A program made the position numbers and the translations under genes. The notes under the pieces were generated by a model, which was given only the letters and a program-made list of their open reading frames with translations, had not been told where the DNA came from and did not search any database. Positions 1 to 24,119 of a DNA stretch of 64,000 nucleotides are shown here, in pieces. Source of the stretch: Azolla caroliniana (lineage: Eukaryota; Plantae; Polypodiophyta); NCBI GenBank assembly GCA_043228905.1, contig JBHGNT010000004.1, forward strand, positions 24,242,001 to 24,306,000. Reading direction: 5' to 3'. Position 1 is the first letter of the stretch. Every line of letters starts with the position of its first letter.

Positions 1-52
1 GGAGAGAAGATACTTCTCATCCTACACAGCCGGTGAGCATGGCTGTGTTCGG

Positions 53-3000
53 ATGGGAAATGAAGGTACGTGCCGGATTGCCGGCATAGGAGACGTGTGG
101 TTGACAACCCCGACCGGATGCAAAATGCTGCTGAAGGATGTCCGACACGTTCCGGAGGTTCGATTGAACCTGATTTCGGCCGGGAGGCTAGACGATGAAG
201 GCTACACAGGTAGCATCCGGAACGGCGTAATGAAGTTCAGCAAGGGGAGCCTGATAGTGGCTCGGGCCCGGAAAGACAACACATTGTACCTGATGAATGC
301 CCGGTTATGTCCGGAAGAGCTGAATGTGGCAGCCGACACTGCCGGTGAGCTGTGGCACAAAAGACTGTGTCACATGAGTGAGAAGGGGATGAAGAGGCTT
401 GCAGAAGACAACCTTATTCCAGTGAAGCATGTGCACCTGGAGAAGTGCACCGATTGCCTGGCCGGTAAGCAGAACCGAACCTCCTTCCACTCAAGGCCAC
501 CGACGAGACGTAGCGCACCATTGGAGTTGGTGCACACTGATGTGTGTCAGGTAGAAACGAAGTCACATGGCGGAGCCCAGTACTTCGTAACATTCATTGA
601 TGATCACAGCCGGAAGCTGTGGACGGCACCGCTGAAGACAAAGGACCAAGTGTTGTGCGTCTTCAAAGAACTCCACGCAAGAGTGGAAAGGGAATCCGGC
701 AAGAAGCTGAAAGCGATACGAGCGGATAACGGAGGGGAATACCGGGGGCAGTTCCAGGAGTACTGTCGCTCGAAGGGAATCCGGCTCGAGTTTACTGTGC
801 CGAAGACGCCGGAACTAAACGGGCTGGCCGAGAGGGTGAACCGGACCATAATGGAGAGGGTCCGGAGTATGCTGGCGCATGCGAAATTACCCAAGGGGTT
901 TTGGGCTGAGGCAATGTCGACGGCGACATACGTGATAAACAGATCACCCTCAGTACCTTTGGACGGAGACACGCCGCAGAAAGTGTGGACCGGTAAGGAA
1001 GTGTCCTACCGGCATCTGAAGGTGTTCGGGTGTCTCGCATACGTGCATGTGGCAAAGGACCGGAGAGGAAAGCTAGATCCAAAGACCCGGCCATGCATAT
1101 TCCTCGGTTACGGCGACGACGAGTTCGGCTACCGAGTATGGGACCCGGTCGACAAGAAGATATTCAGGAGTCGAGACATCATCTTCATGGAGGACAAGAC
1201 ACTCGCCGACTGGGAGTCGGAGAAGAAGATGAAGAGCTCCAAGTCGACCGGTGAGGATCAACTCTACGAAGAGCAGTCCCGACCGGCAAGGGACCGGTTA
1301 GCACTCGAGGATCCGGCCGAAGACGGTGAAGAAACAGAACCGGCCGAAGAAGATGAAAATGATACCGGAACCGGCCCCGATCCCGAAATGGATTCGGATG
1401 AAGAAGAATCGGAAGAACCGGTTACCGAAGCTCCGGAACGGAGATATCCTCTAAGAGAGAGAAGGGCCCCCCGGAGATTTCCGGAACTAGAGCACGTGCT
1501 GCTAACCGACGAGGGGGAGCCGGAGAGCTTTGAAGAAGCAAAACATGACACCCAGAGCCGCAGGTGGTTGAGTGCCATGCAGGACGAGATGGATTCCCTG
1601 CATGAGAACCACACATATGAACTTGTGGAGTTGCCGAAAGGAAAGCGGGCACTTCGAAACAAGTGGGTGTTCAAGCTGAAACCGGGAGATGCCGGAAACC
1701 CCCCGAGATACAAAGCCAGGATCGTGGTGAAGGGGTTTCAGCAGAAGAAGGGCGTCGACTTCGACGAGATATTTGCCCCGGTAGTGAAGATGACCTCCAT
1801 CCGGACGGTGCTGAGCATAGCGGCAAGCATGGACCTCGAGGTAGAACAGATGGACGTGAAGACGGCATTCCTTCATGGTGACCTCGATGAAGAGATCTAC
1901 ATGCAGCAACCGGAAGGATTCGAGAAGAAAGGGAAGGAGCACCTGGTATGCCGGTTGAAGAAGAGCCTTTACGGACTGAAGCAGGCTCCCCGGCAATGGT
2001 ACCGGAAGTTCGACTCCTTCATGACCGACGAAGGGTACCTCAAAACGCAGTCCGACCACTGCGTGTTTGTGAAGAAGTTCGAAGGAGGAGACTTTCTAAT
2101 ACTCCTCCTGTACGTGGACGACATGTTGATCGTCGGACGGGACCAGGTCAAGATACGGATGCTGAAGAAGGCTCTTCACCGAACCTTCTCAATGAAGGAC
2201 TTGGGTCCGGCGAGACAAATACTAGGGATGCACATCATCCGGGACCGGAGTAAGAAGCAGTTGTGGCTGTCACAGGAGAAGTACGTGACGAAGGTGCTTA
2301 AACGGTTCAACATGTCGGAAGCAAGACCGGTCGGATCGACCCTCCCGGCAAACTGCAAGCTGTCCAGCAAGCAAAGCCCCAAGACAAAGGCTGAGAAGGA
2401 GGACATGATGAAAGTGCCATATGCCTCTGCCGTCGGAAGCTTGATGTACGCAATGGTGTGTACAAGACCGGACATTGGATACGCAGTCGGAGTGGTGAGC
2501 CGGTACATGAGCAATCCCGGCAAAGAGCATTGGAACGCGGCCAAGTGGATACTCCGATACCTGAAGGGCACGGCAAACGTGTGCCTCCGATTCGGCTCCG
2601 GTAAGCCCGAACTCGATGGCTTCACCGATTCGGATATGTCGGCTGATGCAGATACCAGCCGGTCCACATCAGGGTATGTGATGACGTATGCAGGGGGAGC
2701 TGTTTCATGGCAGTCGAGGCTGCAGAAGACGGTTGCGTTGTCAACCACGGAGGCGGAGTACATGGCGGCTGTTGAAGCCGGCAAGGAAATAATATGGATG
2801 AAGGACTTCATTAGAGAGCTCGGTATCCGGCAGGAGGAGTACCGACTCTACTGCGACAGTCAGAGTGCAATCCACCTTGCGAAGAACGCGGCCTATCACT
2901 CCCGGACGAAGCACATCCAGCGAAGATATCACTGGATCCGGGAAAGGATAGAAGACAAGGAGTTCGTGCTGACAAAGATCCACACGGACGAGAACGGGTC

Positions 3001-3088
3001 GGATATGCTGACCAAGGTGCTCACACCCGACAAGCTGGAAGCATGCCGGAAGAGGATCGGATTGGAAAGACATCCCATGCCGAAGTGA
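53..3088 (+). CDS. Copia pol polyprotein (GAG-pre-integrase, integrase, RT, RNase H); the ORF begins upstream of the window
   Basis: WHKRLCH..C..C zinc finger, LVHTDV/FIDD/DNGGEY/NGLAER integrase, LLYVDD RT, FTDSD..STTEAEY..KHI..DMLTK RNase H; INT-RT-RH order. Confidence 0.96.
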   Translation: MGNEGTCRIAGIGDVWLTTPTGCKMLLKDVRHVPEVRLNLISAGRLDDEGYTGSIRNGVMKFSKGSLIVARARKDNTLYLMNARLCPEELNVAADTAGELWHKRLCHMSEKGMKRLAEDNLIPVKHVHLEKCTDCLAGKQNRTSFHSRPPTRRSAPLELVHTDVCQVETKSHGGAQYFVTFIDDHSRKLWTAPLKTKDQVLCVFKELHARVERESGKKLKAIRADNGGEYRGQFQEYCRSKGIRLEFTVPKTPELNGLAERVNRTIMERVRSMLAHAKLPKGFWAEAMSTATYVINRSPSVPLDGDTPQKVWTGKEVSYRHLKVFGCLAYVHVAKDRRGKLDPKTRPCIFLGYGDDEFGYRVWDPVDKKIFRSRDIIFMEDKTLADWESEKKMKSSKSTGEDQLYEEQSRPARDRLALEDPAEDGEETEPAEEDENDTGTGPDPEMDSDEEESEEPVTEAPERRYPLRERRAPRRFPELEHVLLTDEGEPESFEEAKHDTQSRRWLSAMQDEMDSLHENHTYELVELPKGKRALRNKWVFKLKPGDAGNPPRYKARIVVKGFQQKKGVDFDEIFAPVVKMTSIRTVLSIAASMDLEVEQMDVKTAFLHGDLDEEIYMQQPEGFEKKGKEHLVCRLKKSLYGLKQAPRQWYRKFDSFMTDEGYLKTQSDHCVFVKKFEGGDFLILLLYVDDMLIVGRDQVKIRMLKKALHRTFSMKDLGPARQILGMHIIRDRSKKQLWLSQEKYVTKVLKRFNMSEARPVGSTLPANCKLSSKQSPKTKAEKEDMMKVPYASAVGSLMYAMVCTRPDIGYAVGVVSRYMSNPGKEHWNAAKWILRYLKGTANVCLRFGSGKPELDGFTDSDMSADADTSRSTSGYVMTYAGGAVSWQSRLQKTVALSTTEAEYMAAVEAGKEIIWMKDFIRELGIRQEEYRLYCDSQSAIHLAKNAAYHSRTKHIQRRYHWIRERIEDKEFVLTKIHTDENGSDMLTKVLTPDKLEACRKRIGLERHPMPK

Positions 3089-3098
3089 AGGGGGAGTT

Positions 3099-3717
3099 TG
3101 TTGGGATTACGGTCCCTTCGGATGGGATGGTCGGATGTCGGAGATGAATGCCGACGAGCCCGGTTTCGGTTTCGGAACCGGATGATGAAGACCTCGGCTT
3201 CGGAGCCGGATGACGAATGTACCCGGAGAGCGATCCGGATGCAGGGACATATCCGTGAATATGTTTGCTATGGGCCCCTGAGGCTATAGTTGTAAATAGC
3301 CCCAAAGTCATATATGTATAAATATGACTTAGGGCAAACTGTTTTATTGCTGCTGATCATTTTTCTGTTTTTTCCACTCAAGAGGAGTGAAGAGGGAGCA
3401 GCCGTGTGAGAGAGAGAGAGAGAGAGAGATAGAGCGTGAGAGAGGAAGAGGACGACGCCTCTGTGTATTTCCGCCGCCTGTGGCGAGGACAGCGAGCTCA
3501 AGGTCGTCGCCTTGCAGCTCGCCATTGTATACTTCTCTTTGTATAGTGTTGGTTTGGAGTCTTGTACTCCCGTGGTTTTTCCCATCTAGGGTTTTCCACG
3601 TTAATCCCTGTGTATTCGTGTGTTTCTCTCTGTGGTTCCTATTTTCTGCTGCATTGATTCGCGATTACTCGGTTGTGGCCGAGTGGTGAAGGTGAATCGA
3701 AGCGTCGATTCCCAACA
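3099..3717 (+). repeat. 3' LTR of copia element 1
   Basis: Directly follows the PPT; TG...CA ends with an 8-bp terminal inverted repeat; TATA-like stretch and (GA)n inside. Confidence 0.9.
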
Positions 3718-3876
3718 CGTACTGTGTATATTCAAGCTCTCCATTAAACCTGCATATTTTCTATGTTCGGTTTTCTACTTGCTTCCGCACGCTATTCTTT
3801 ACAGTGCACATACTCCACCCCGTCGATTCCTCCGATGTTCCCCAGTTTCTCACCATGACCCGGAATCTTCACGACA

Positions 3877-5588
3877 TCGTAGCAAAGGGCTACGCACAAA
3901 CACAGGGCATCGACTATGAAGAGACCTTTGCCCTGGTGGCAAAGATGATAACCATGCGAACCGTGATAGCGCTTGCATCAACAAAAGGGTAGCACCTCCA
4001 CCAGATGGATGTCAAGAACGCTTTTCTTCAAGGCGAATTAGAAGAGGAGGTGTACATGATACAACCACCCAGCTTCGAATCCAACATTGATCCGAAAGCC
4101 ATATGCCGACTCAAGAAGCCCCTCTACGGCCTTAAGCAAGCACCACATGCTTGGCACTCGAAGATAACACAATATCTTCATCGAATCGGTTTCTGAATGT
4201 CAAAAGTCAACAATTCTTTGTATGTAATAAGCGATTCCGAAAGTCCAATCGTCATCATCCTATACGTGTATGATCTGGTCATTGGAGGTGAGCATCTAGT
4301 CGACATCAACAAGGTCAAATCCCTCCTTTCCAACAAATTCGAGATGACGGACATGAAAGAGCTCCACTACTTCCTTAGCATCGAGGTAATTCGGACTCCA
4401 GCCGGGATTATGATCTCCCAACGGCACTACATTCTCAACTTGTTATACAAGTTTGGGATGCTGAGTGCAAGTCTGTGGCAACACCTCTCGACCGAAACCT
4501 CAAACTAGATGCCAATTCTGGCACCACAGAGTGTGAGCCGACTCAGTATCGACAACTAATCGGTAGTCTTATCTACCTCACGATCACTCGACCAGACATG
4601 AGCTATCTGGTCGGCCTTCTTAGTTAGTTCATGCAAACGCCACAAGATATCCATTTGGATTGTGCTAAGAGAGTGCTACCATACGTGAGTGGAACAATGG
4701 ACTATGGCATTCTCTATAAGTCGGCCACGCCAATTCAACTTGAGGGGTACACAGATGCCGAATGGGCAGGCTACAAAGCCGACTGACAATCAACCTCTAG
4801 TTTCGTCTTCTCCCTCGGAAGTGGAGCCATCTCCTGGAGTAGCAAGAAGCAACCAACCATTGCTCTTTCGAGCACAAAGGCCGAATACAGGGGCACAGCG
4901 GTGGCTGCATGTGAAGTTGTATGGATCAAGAGGATATTAAAGAATTTGGGCATTCCCATCAAAGATCTAATTCTCCTTTACTACGACAACATGAGCAGTA
5001 TTTATCTGGCTCGGAACCCGGTGTTCCACGCACGCACGAAGCATATCGAAGTGCACTATCACTTCATTCGAGAGCGTGTTCAGGCTAGCGATGTCGACCT
5101 TCAACATATCACTACGAATCTTCAGATAGTCGACATCTTCACCAAAGCCCTAGGAGCTGACAAGCTTCGGCAATTCTTGCCAGACCTTGGATTGACCTTG
5201 GATTGACAGTCCTTGACTTGCCAAGCTTGAGGGGGAGTACAAGCGAAAACCGCATACCGTCCGAACTGGATACGAGCTGAAGCAGACATCAACCAAAGTA
5301 GCCGACCAAAGTTGAGCTTGAGGGGGCGTGTTGAGAATCAAGCTCAACCTAGTCTAGTGTGTGAACACACCCTTGAGAGTGTGCACTCAAAGGTCAAAAG
5401 TCACATAACTATGACACATAACTAATGAGTTTTCACATTCCCCATGACCCATGAGCTTCAGTAGTTAATAAAGAGAGTGAGTGACTATATAAAGCACTCT
5501 CCTCCTACTTTGTAATTAGGTCGATTAATCTCCTTTGTAAGATACATCTTCTTGAGTATTCTATTGTTGTTCAAATCTATCTATCTTG

Positions 5589-5687
<99 letters not shown>

Positions 5688-5758
5688 CACACACACACAC
5701 TCACAACACATATCTCTAGTCTATTCCGCTGCACAAGAATCACCATCGATTCTTTACA
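3877..5758 (+). mobile_element. Degenerate copia element 2 (RT-RNase H remnant 3877-5206 plus 3' LTR 5329-5758)
   Basis: VAKGYAQTQGIDYEETF, MDVKNAFL, LYGLKQAP, HARTKHIEVHYHFIRE with stops and frameshifts; PPT gagggggcg before tgttgag at 5329; LTR end ...cgattctttaca matches the LTR end next to a PBS at 60244 (minus strand). Confidence 0.88.
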
Positions 5759-5806
5759 GTTCGGTTTTGACACTCTCAAACCAAACCAAACCGTTGCCGA
5801 TTGTTA
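5759..5806 (-). mobile_element. Terminal fragment of a hAT MITE of the same family as 13071-13489
   Basis: Reverse complement taacaatcggcaacgg..ggtttgagagtgtcaaaaccgaac matches the left end of the MITE at 13071. Confidence 0.8.
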
Positions 5807-6538
5807 CGTGGGACCCAAAAAAGCAAGATTCTTCATGTTAGACCAATAATCATGGCTCCCAACAAGTCTCTTTAAGAAGATGCAAATGGAAGGTAGACAA
5901 CTTGATGTTTCATACATTGGCTAGGGCCCTTGCCAACCATCCCAATGACCTAAGGTTTTATAAATTGAACATCACACGTCCCATTTACTAGGCCATTGTT
6001 GGACTCTTAAGAGATGTTATTAATCCCCCCCCTTTGCATTATTAGTTGTGAGTAAATTACAAAACATTGTCTCCAAAATACTGAAATATAGAAAGGGAAA
6101 TTTCATAGTAATCCAATATGCATGGCATGAGGAAAGATTGAGCAAAATTATCTCATGGTCAAGATGAAGCAATGGCAACTAGGAAGGGTTGGATTTTGGT
6201 GAAGGGTTTCAACCCTTGTCATGGAAGTGGTTCCAGCAATTATATATATATATATACAATTATATGAGGATATTTCACCTATTATACTTTTCTCCCCGAA
6301 AAACCTTTCCCCTTAGATAAAATGGCTTCACAAATTTACTTAAAACACCCGACTGTTTAAAATATAACTCTTGTATTCTGACTTTAGTATTATTTAATAC
6401 GATACAAATTTGATTAACAAATTGGCATTACAGATTCACTTCCTTCAATCTAATAACAATAATGAATCTTCCAATATATTTATAGCCTTAAAGAAAAAAA
6501 CATTTCGATGAATTGACACAAGATGATATACTACCCTC

Positions 6539-12553
<6,015 letters not shown>

Positions 12554-12739
12554 GGGAGCTACTGTTAAAAATGGTACCGCTACCAAAAAAAGACCAGATG
12601 ATGATGAAGAAGGTGGTGATGAAATATAGCTATGGTACTGAACAATAGGATCACACATTGTGCATCTGTGATGCAGAGTTCACAAAAACAGCCTGCAGGG
12701 GAGATATATATATATATATATATATATACATTATAATAC

Positions 12740-12771
<32 letters not shown>

Positions 12772-13070
12772 GCATGCATGAGAAAGAAAGAGACAGAGGA
12801 CTGGTCAAGACTCCAAACATTTTTTGCACTGACTTTGGAACTCTCTTTTCTGGGCGTTGACTTGAAATGTATATCCTCTGTTTCTTGAAGTGTTTGACTT
12901 TTAGCAGTAGAGTTGAGTGCATAACCTTTTAGTATATCCACATAATTTTCCTAAGTAAAAATGCAATGTACTTTGATTTCTTCATTGCTTCCTTTAACTA
13001 AAAATGACTACAAACTTCCCCCACGATGATGAAATTCATCACGAAACACTATACATACCCCAATAGCAAA

Positions 13071-13489
13071 TAACAATCGGCAACGCTTCGCTTCGCTTCG
13101 GTTTGAGAGGGTCAAAACCGAACCGTTTAAATTTTTTGAAACCTGAACCGAACCGAACCACGAACCCGTTAAACCAAACCATAAAAACTGCGGTTTTGGT
13201 TTTTAACTTAGGTCAAATTTAATTTATTTTTTTTAAATTTAAATATTAATTTAAAATATTTCATTTTTTTTAATTTTTTTAATTTTAAAGATAGATCCTA
13301 AAATGTGAGAATAAGGTCTAAAAATGAAAAGATTGTTTAGAAACAATTTTTTAGAATTTTTTATAAATTTAAAAATTAAAATTAAAATTTACCATTAAAC
13401 AGTTTAACCATGGTTTTCACTGTTGAAATCGAACCAAACCAAACCGTTAAGCTGCGGTTTCGCGGTTCGGGAACCGTTGTCGATTGTTA
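13071..13489. mobile_element. hAT-type MITE
   Basis: TIRs taacaatcggcaacg / cgttgtcgattgtta, 8-bp TSD atagcaaa on both sides, AACCG subterminal repeats, AT-rich core. Confidence 0.9.
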
Positions 13490-15299
13490 ATAGCAAACAT
13501 TATAGAAATATATATTTCGCACCACATATTCAACTGATCAAACATTACAATGATGTTAATGATCCAATATTCCACATACACTTTTGACCTTCAAAGGATT
13601 CACTCCATATACTCTCTCCAAACATCCACAAATGGTTTCCAATGTCTGGTTTCTTTAATCTTATTCATCTCAAAAAAAGAGAAGCTCGTTCACATGCAAC
13701 ATAATCATTATATAAAGATGCATATAGCATCTCGATTGTGGCCTATGTTGTGTTTGATTTTGGACATGAGAGATATTGATAACGAATGTATCTACTTGCC
13801 CCCTATCCATGACGAGTATCTATTTTGGGTTCCATGACTCATAAAAGTGATTTCAATGTCATGTGACATTTTTAAAGGCCTTTTAGACATCAGAAAAGCC
13901 CTAGTATTGATGGCGATAGTTGTTGAGGTAGAGTATGGTGAACACTAAATATTAAGGGAGTTCGAATATCAAAATAAATTGAGCAAGATATTTTGCATGG
14001 CATTAAGGTTGAATTAGTCTTCTAGTTCCATCTTTATGTACCAAATTCCAATTATGAATTATATAGATCATATATAGAAAAAAGTCCTTATTTCAAGCCC
14101 AAACAATGAATACAATACATTAAACCCATCTTTTTTTATGATCACTTGATTAGAATAGAGGCACACACAACATCGTTTTTTAGTCAAAATTGGCACCGAT
14201 ATGCACGAGAATAATCACATGTCTGTATTTTATTAAAACAATTTTATTTAGGGATGTAGTTGTAACACCCAATATTTTATGACCTTAAGATTCGTTTCTA
14301 AAACCATGTATTATGTTACATTCATTATAAAACTTTTGTGCATTTCAATTATTGATTGTGCACACTATAATACCCACATACATGTTAAAGCATACTTATT
14401 AAGATTGTGATTAGTATGCACACCAATTATTTTTAATCGTTTCCACTTATCAAATGGCTCTACAAATTCACTTTCTAAAAGTGATCCTGGGGGTTGAAAA
14501 CAACACTATAATAGTGCTAACAAATATTCTTATTACTAATACTAATGATATGATCCAATGACCTGGCACATAGCATCTTCAAACATCCTCAATATTGTAG
14601 TTTGAAGCCTTTTAAGAACCTTCAAATTTGGAGGGCCCAATCTTACTTGCTTGTTCGAAAACAATTACATGTCTATACAATCATTATGTGTCTTTTCAAA
14701 AACATGATCAAGTGTCTTATGCAAATGAAATAATGTAAAATGAATATCCATATTTGTCTCTTGATCCAATGAGATTGATGGCATTTGTGACAATAATACT
14801 TATGGTTAAGGTAGAAGAAACTTCTTAGGTAAAGGAGCCATGACAAACATATAAAGGTTTTAGATGTACATACATATGTATATACCTTAAGGATATTCGA
14901 CATGTATGTATCCATTTACATATAATCCATGTATCTATGAATGTATATGTGATATTTCTATATCTTTGTATTTATCTACATATATCTATTGATTGACTCA
15001 TAAGTAGGTACTATGTAGGTAGATGTTTATATGCATAGAGACATAATGGTACGTTGATGTGCAACAACTTCATCGCTATATTTTTGTGCACAATCTTCTT
15101 GCAATATATGTTCTCCTAGTAGCCACCATGTGCAAACCTATGTCTCCCTTCTTGCAACTTAGTTTTTCTGTGTGTTGTGTTGAAACCACTTGTTATAATC
15201 CTCCCCCCCGCACCCATAGATTGTATGAAGGTCCACTATGTGATGATTCTTAAGTTTATCTTGAACCTTTGTGAGCACTAGTAACTTCAAGCAAGGCAA

Positions 15300-15407
15300 T
15301 ATGAAATATTGAACTTATCTCGATGAAGATCCCACACCAATTGACGAACTTGGAAACCAACAAAGCAAAATTCTTCATATTAGACCAATAATCAAGGCTC
15401 ACAAACA
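15300..15407 (+). repeat. Probable 3' end of a degenerate LTR, related to 5807-5864
   Basis: aagcaaaattcttcatattagaccaataatcaaggctcacaaaca resembles aagcaagattcttcatgttagaccaataatcatggctcccaaca; both end in ..aca; 5' limit not determined. Confidence 0.5.
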
Positions 15408-15889
15408 ACTAGTGTGAATGATATACTAATTAGTATAACTAAAGTAGTATTCCTTGGTTTGAGGCATACAAACCATAACAAGGATATGGCATATTGTAGG
15501 ATAAACAAAGGGCTCAAGTTGTTTCATATATGACATCATCTGTTTGATCAAATGCTTATACTAGCTTTTGTATCACAATAGAAGTGAGACGAAATGTCTC
15601 CTTCTGTTTTCTCTATGTACAGTTCTCAAGTAATATATTAAGGTGCATATTTCTTTAAAAAAAGAAATAAAATCTCAAGCACTTGGAACATAGATGCTAA
15701 GGCCATACATCTTTGTTTTGGACATGCATCTTATGAAATTGCCAACCGGCGTTGAAAATTATTGTAAAAGTCAACTTGTCAAAATAAAATGTACAATTCA
15801 AGGGATGTTTTCGAAGATTCTAGGTAGACGTCTATCAAATCCCAACATCATTGGCAATGAGGAGATTTATCAATACATATTCCTTTCCT

Positions 15890-16405
15890 TTCTGGTAGTC
15901 CTCAACATTTTGGTTATTTTGCCCCCCAAATTTTTGGTACTTCTCAACATTTTGGCTATTTTGCCCCCCAAAATTCTGGTAGTTTTGCTAATCCCCCAAT
16001 TTGGCTTCACAACATGTCTCCCCAACCGTCTTCGACTTCAATTATCAATAGAACCTTCACTGAGAGAGGGGCTCTAATCAGTTTTATCAAGGACCATTTC
16101 TGTGCTCAAAATATAATTGTTGTGGTGGATAAGCATAGTGACAATAGAAAAGTCACTTTCAAGTGCTACTATGGGGGAAAATATCGCAACCCTCTAGGCT
16201 TGACTGACGATACTCGCAAAAGACAAACAGGGACTCGTCCGCCGCTGCTTCCCTACCCACACCTCCTCCTCCTCCTCCAGTGGCGGCACCCAGCAGCCAC
16301 CACCGACCCTCCCCATCGCATCATGTAACAGAAAAAGGAATCCACAGTATTGAAACTTGAGAAAGAAGAAGAAGAAAGAGAAAGAAGGAAGAGTAACTAC
16401 GCCTC

Positions 16406-16436
<31 letters not shown>

Positions 16437-16505
16437 GGGGGCGGAAATAGGGGGGCCAAAAAGTTTTTTTTTTCTTTTTTTTTGGGGGGGGGGGCAAATA
16501 GCCCA
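15890..16505 (+). mobile_element. Non-autonomous Mutator-like (MULE) remnant with a FAR1/WRKY-GCM1-like DNA-binding-domain fragment
   Basis: ORF 16014-16328 has TF.ERGALISFIKDH..KVTFKCYYGGKYR..RKRQTGTR, truncated before the expected CPF; inverted ends ggctattttgccccccaaa / tttggggggggggggcaaatagccc. Confidence 0.6.
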
Positions 16506-17158
16506 TTCCTTGTTTTTTAGCCTCAGGTCCACTTTTGGAAAGGGAATTCGCACAAACAGTTTGTAAGAGGAAACAATAAAAAATGTGAGTAATGCATGGA
16601 TCAATATATTTCGAATAATGTTTTGATATGTGGGTTTTCCGGTAAACTTTACATCCATTTTTAATTATAACATGTTAGGAAAAAGAAACCCACGAAATAC
16701 AAGGAACTCTTAAGAATACAATGTGGAACTACGAAAATGCTGAGAAGTTCACACATTCTTTTGAATATTAATGGACAAGTCACATGACCACAGTCTACCA
16801 CCTTAGATTGTCAATGCTTTAAAAATGCATGTTCCGCGAAATTTTGCAGACTCCGCATTCAATGCCAAGAATTGGATCACCATTTTATGACCGTCTTCCC
16901 GCTCAAGAACAAAATTAACATTGTGGGATAATTGGAGCAAGAGAATCATTTCCACTCCAAATCCAAAATGTACATACTCAATTTTCTCGTTTCGTCGCCA
17001 ATTCCACACATAGATAGTTTCATCAGAATATAAAATTGCGCAAATACACACACACACCTTGGTACACACGATAAACAAACGCTAATGATTTCTGTTGCCA
17101 TGCATCCGTCCGGGGAAATAGTGCCTTCAATTCTGTTGTCATTTCAATGAACACCTCA

Positions 17159-17206
17159 TAACCCTAAACCTTCCCTAAAACCTAAACCCTAAACCCTAAA
17201 TCCTAA
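17159..17206 (+). repeat. Short interstitial plant telomere-type (CCCTAAA)n / telo-box cluster
   Basis: aaccctaaaccttccctaaaacctaaaccctaaaccctaaatcctaa, about 215 bp upstream of the RLK copy B ATG. Confidence 0.7.
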
Positions 17207-17420
17207 GTGAGAGAAAGACCAGGGTCAAAGGGACAAAGTCAAGCAAGATGACCATGTCAGAATCTTCCTTTCCATTTCTGTCTAATCTGAAGATCCGGTA
17301 TGATCTAACTGCCTCTAAGCAGTACATAAAGACTGAGCACACACTCTACTACGGGTCTACCACCACCATCTCTTCTGGTATCCCTCTTTAGCCATCAATT
17401 CATCTTTAGCAGAGCTCCTG

Positions 17421-24119
<6,699 letters not shown>

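Larger units (their letters stand above)
1..3717 (+). mobile_element. Ty1/copia LTR retrotransposon (Tnt1/Tork-like), 3' part, apparently young and intact; 5' end outside window
   Basis: Uninterrupted pol ORF, PPT (gaagggggag, ~3087-3096) and a 3' LTR 3099-3717 bounded by tgttggga...tcccaaca. Confidence 0.95.

Noticed and set aside
305-3311. Many overlapping antisense and alternative-frame ORFs in copia pol
   Set aside because: Expected shadows of a GC-rich long ORF; no recognisable domains.
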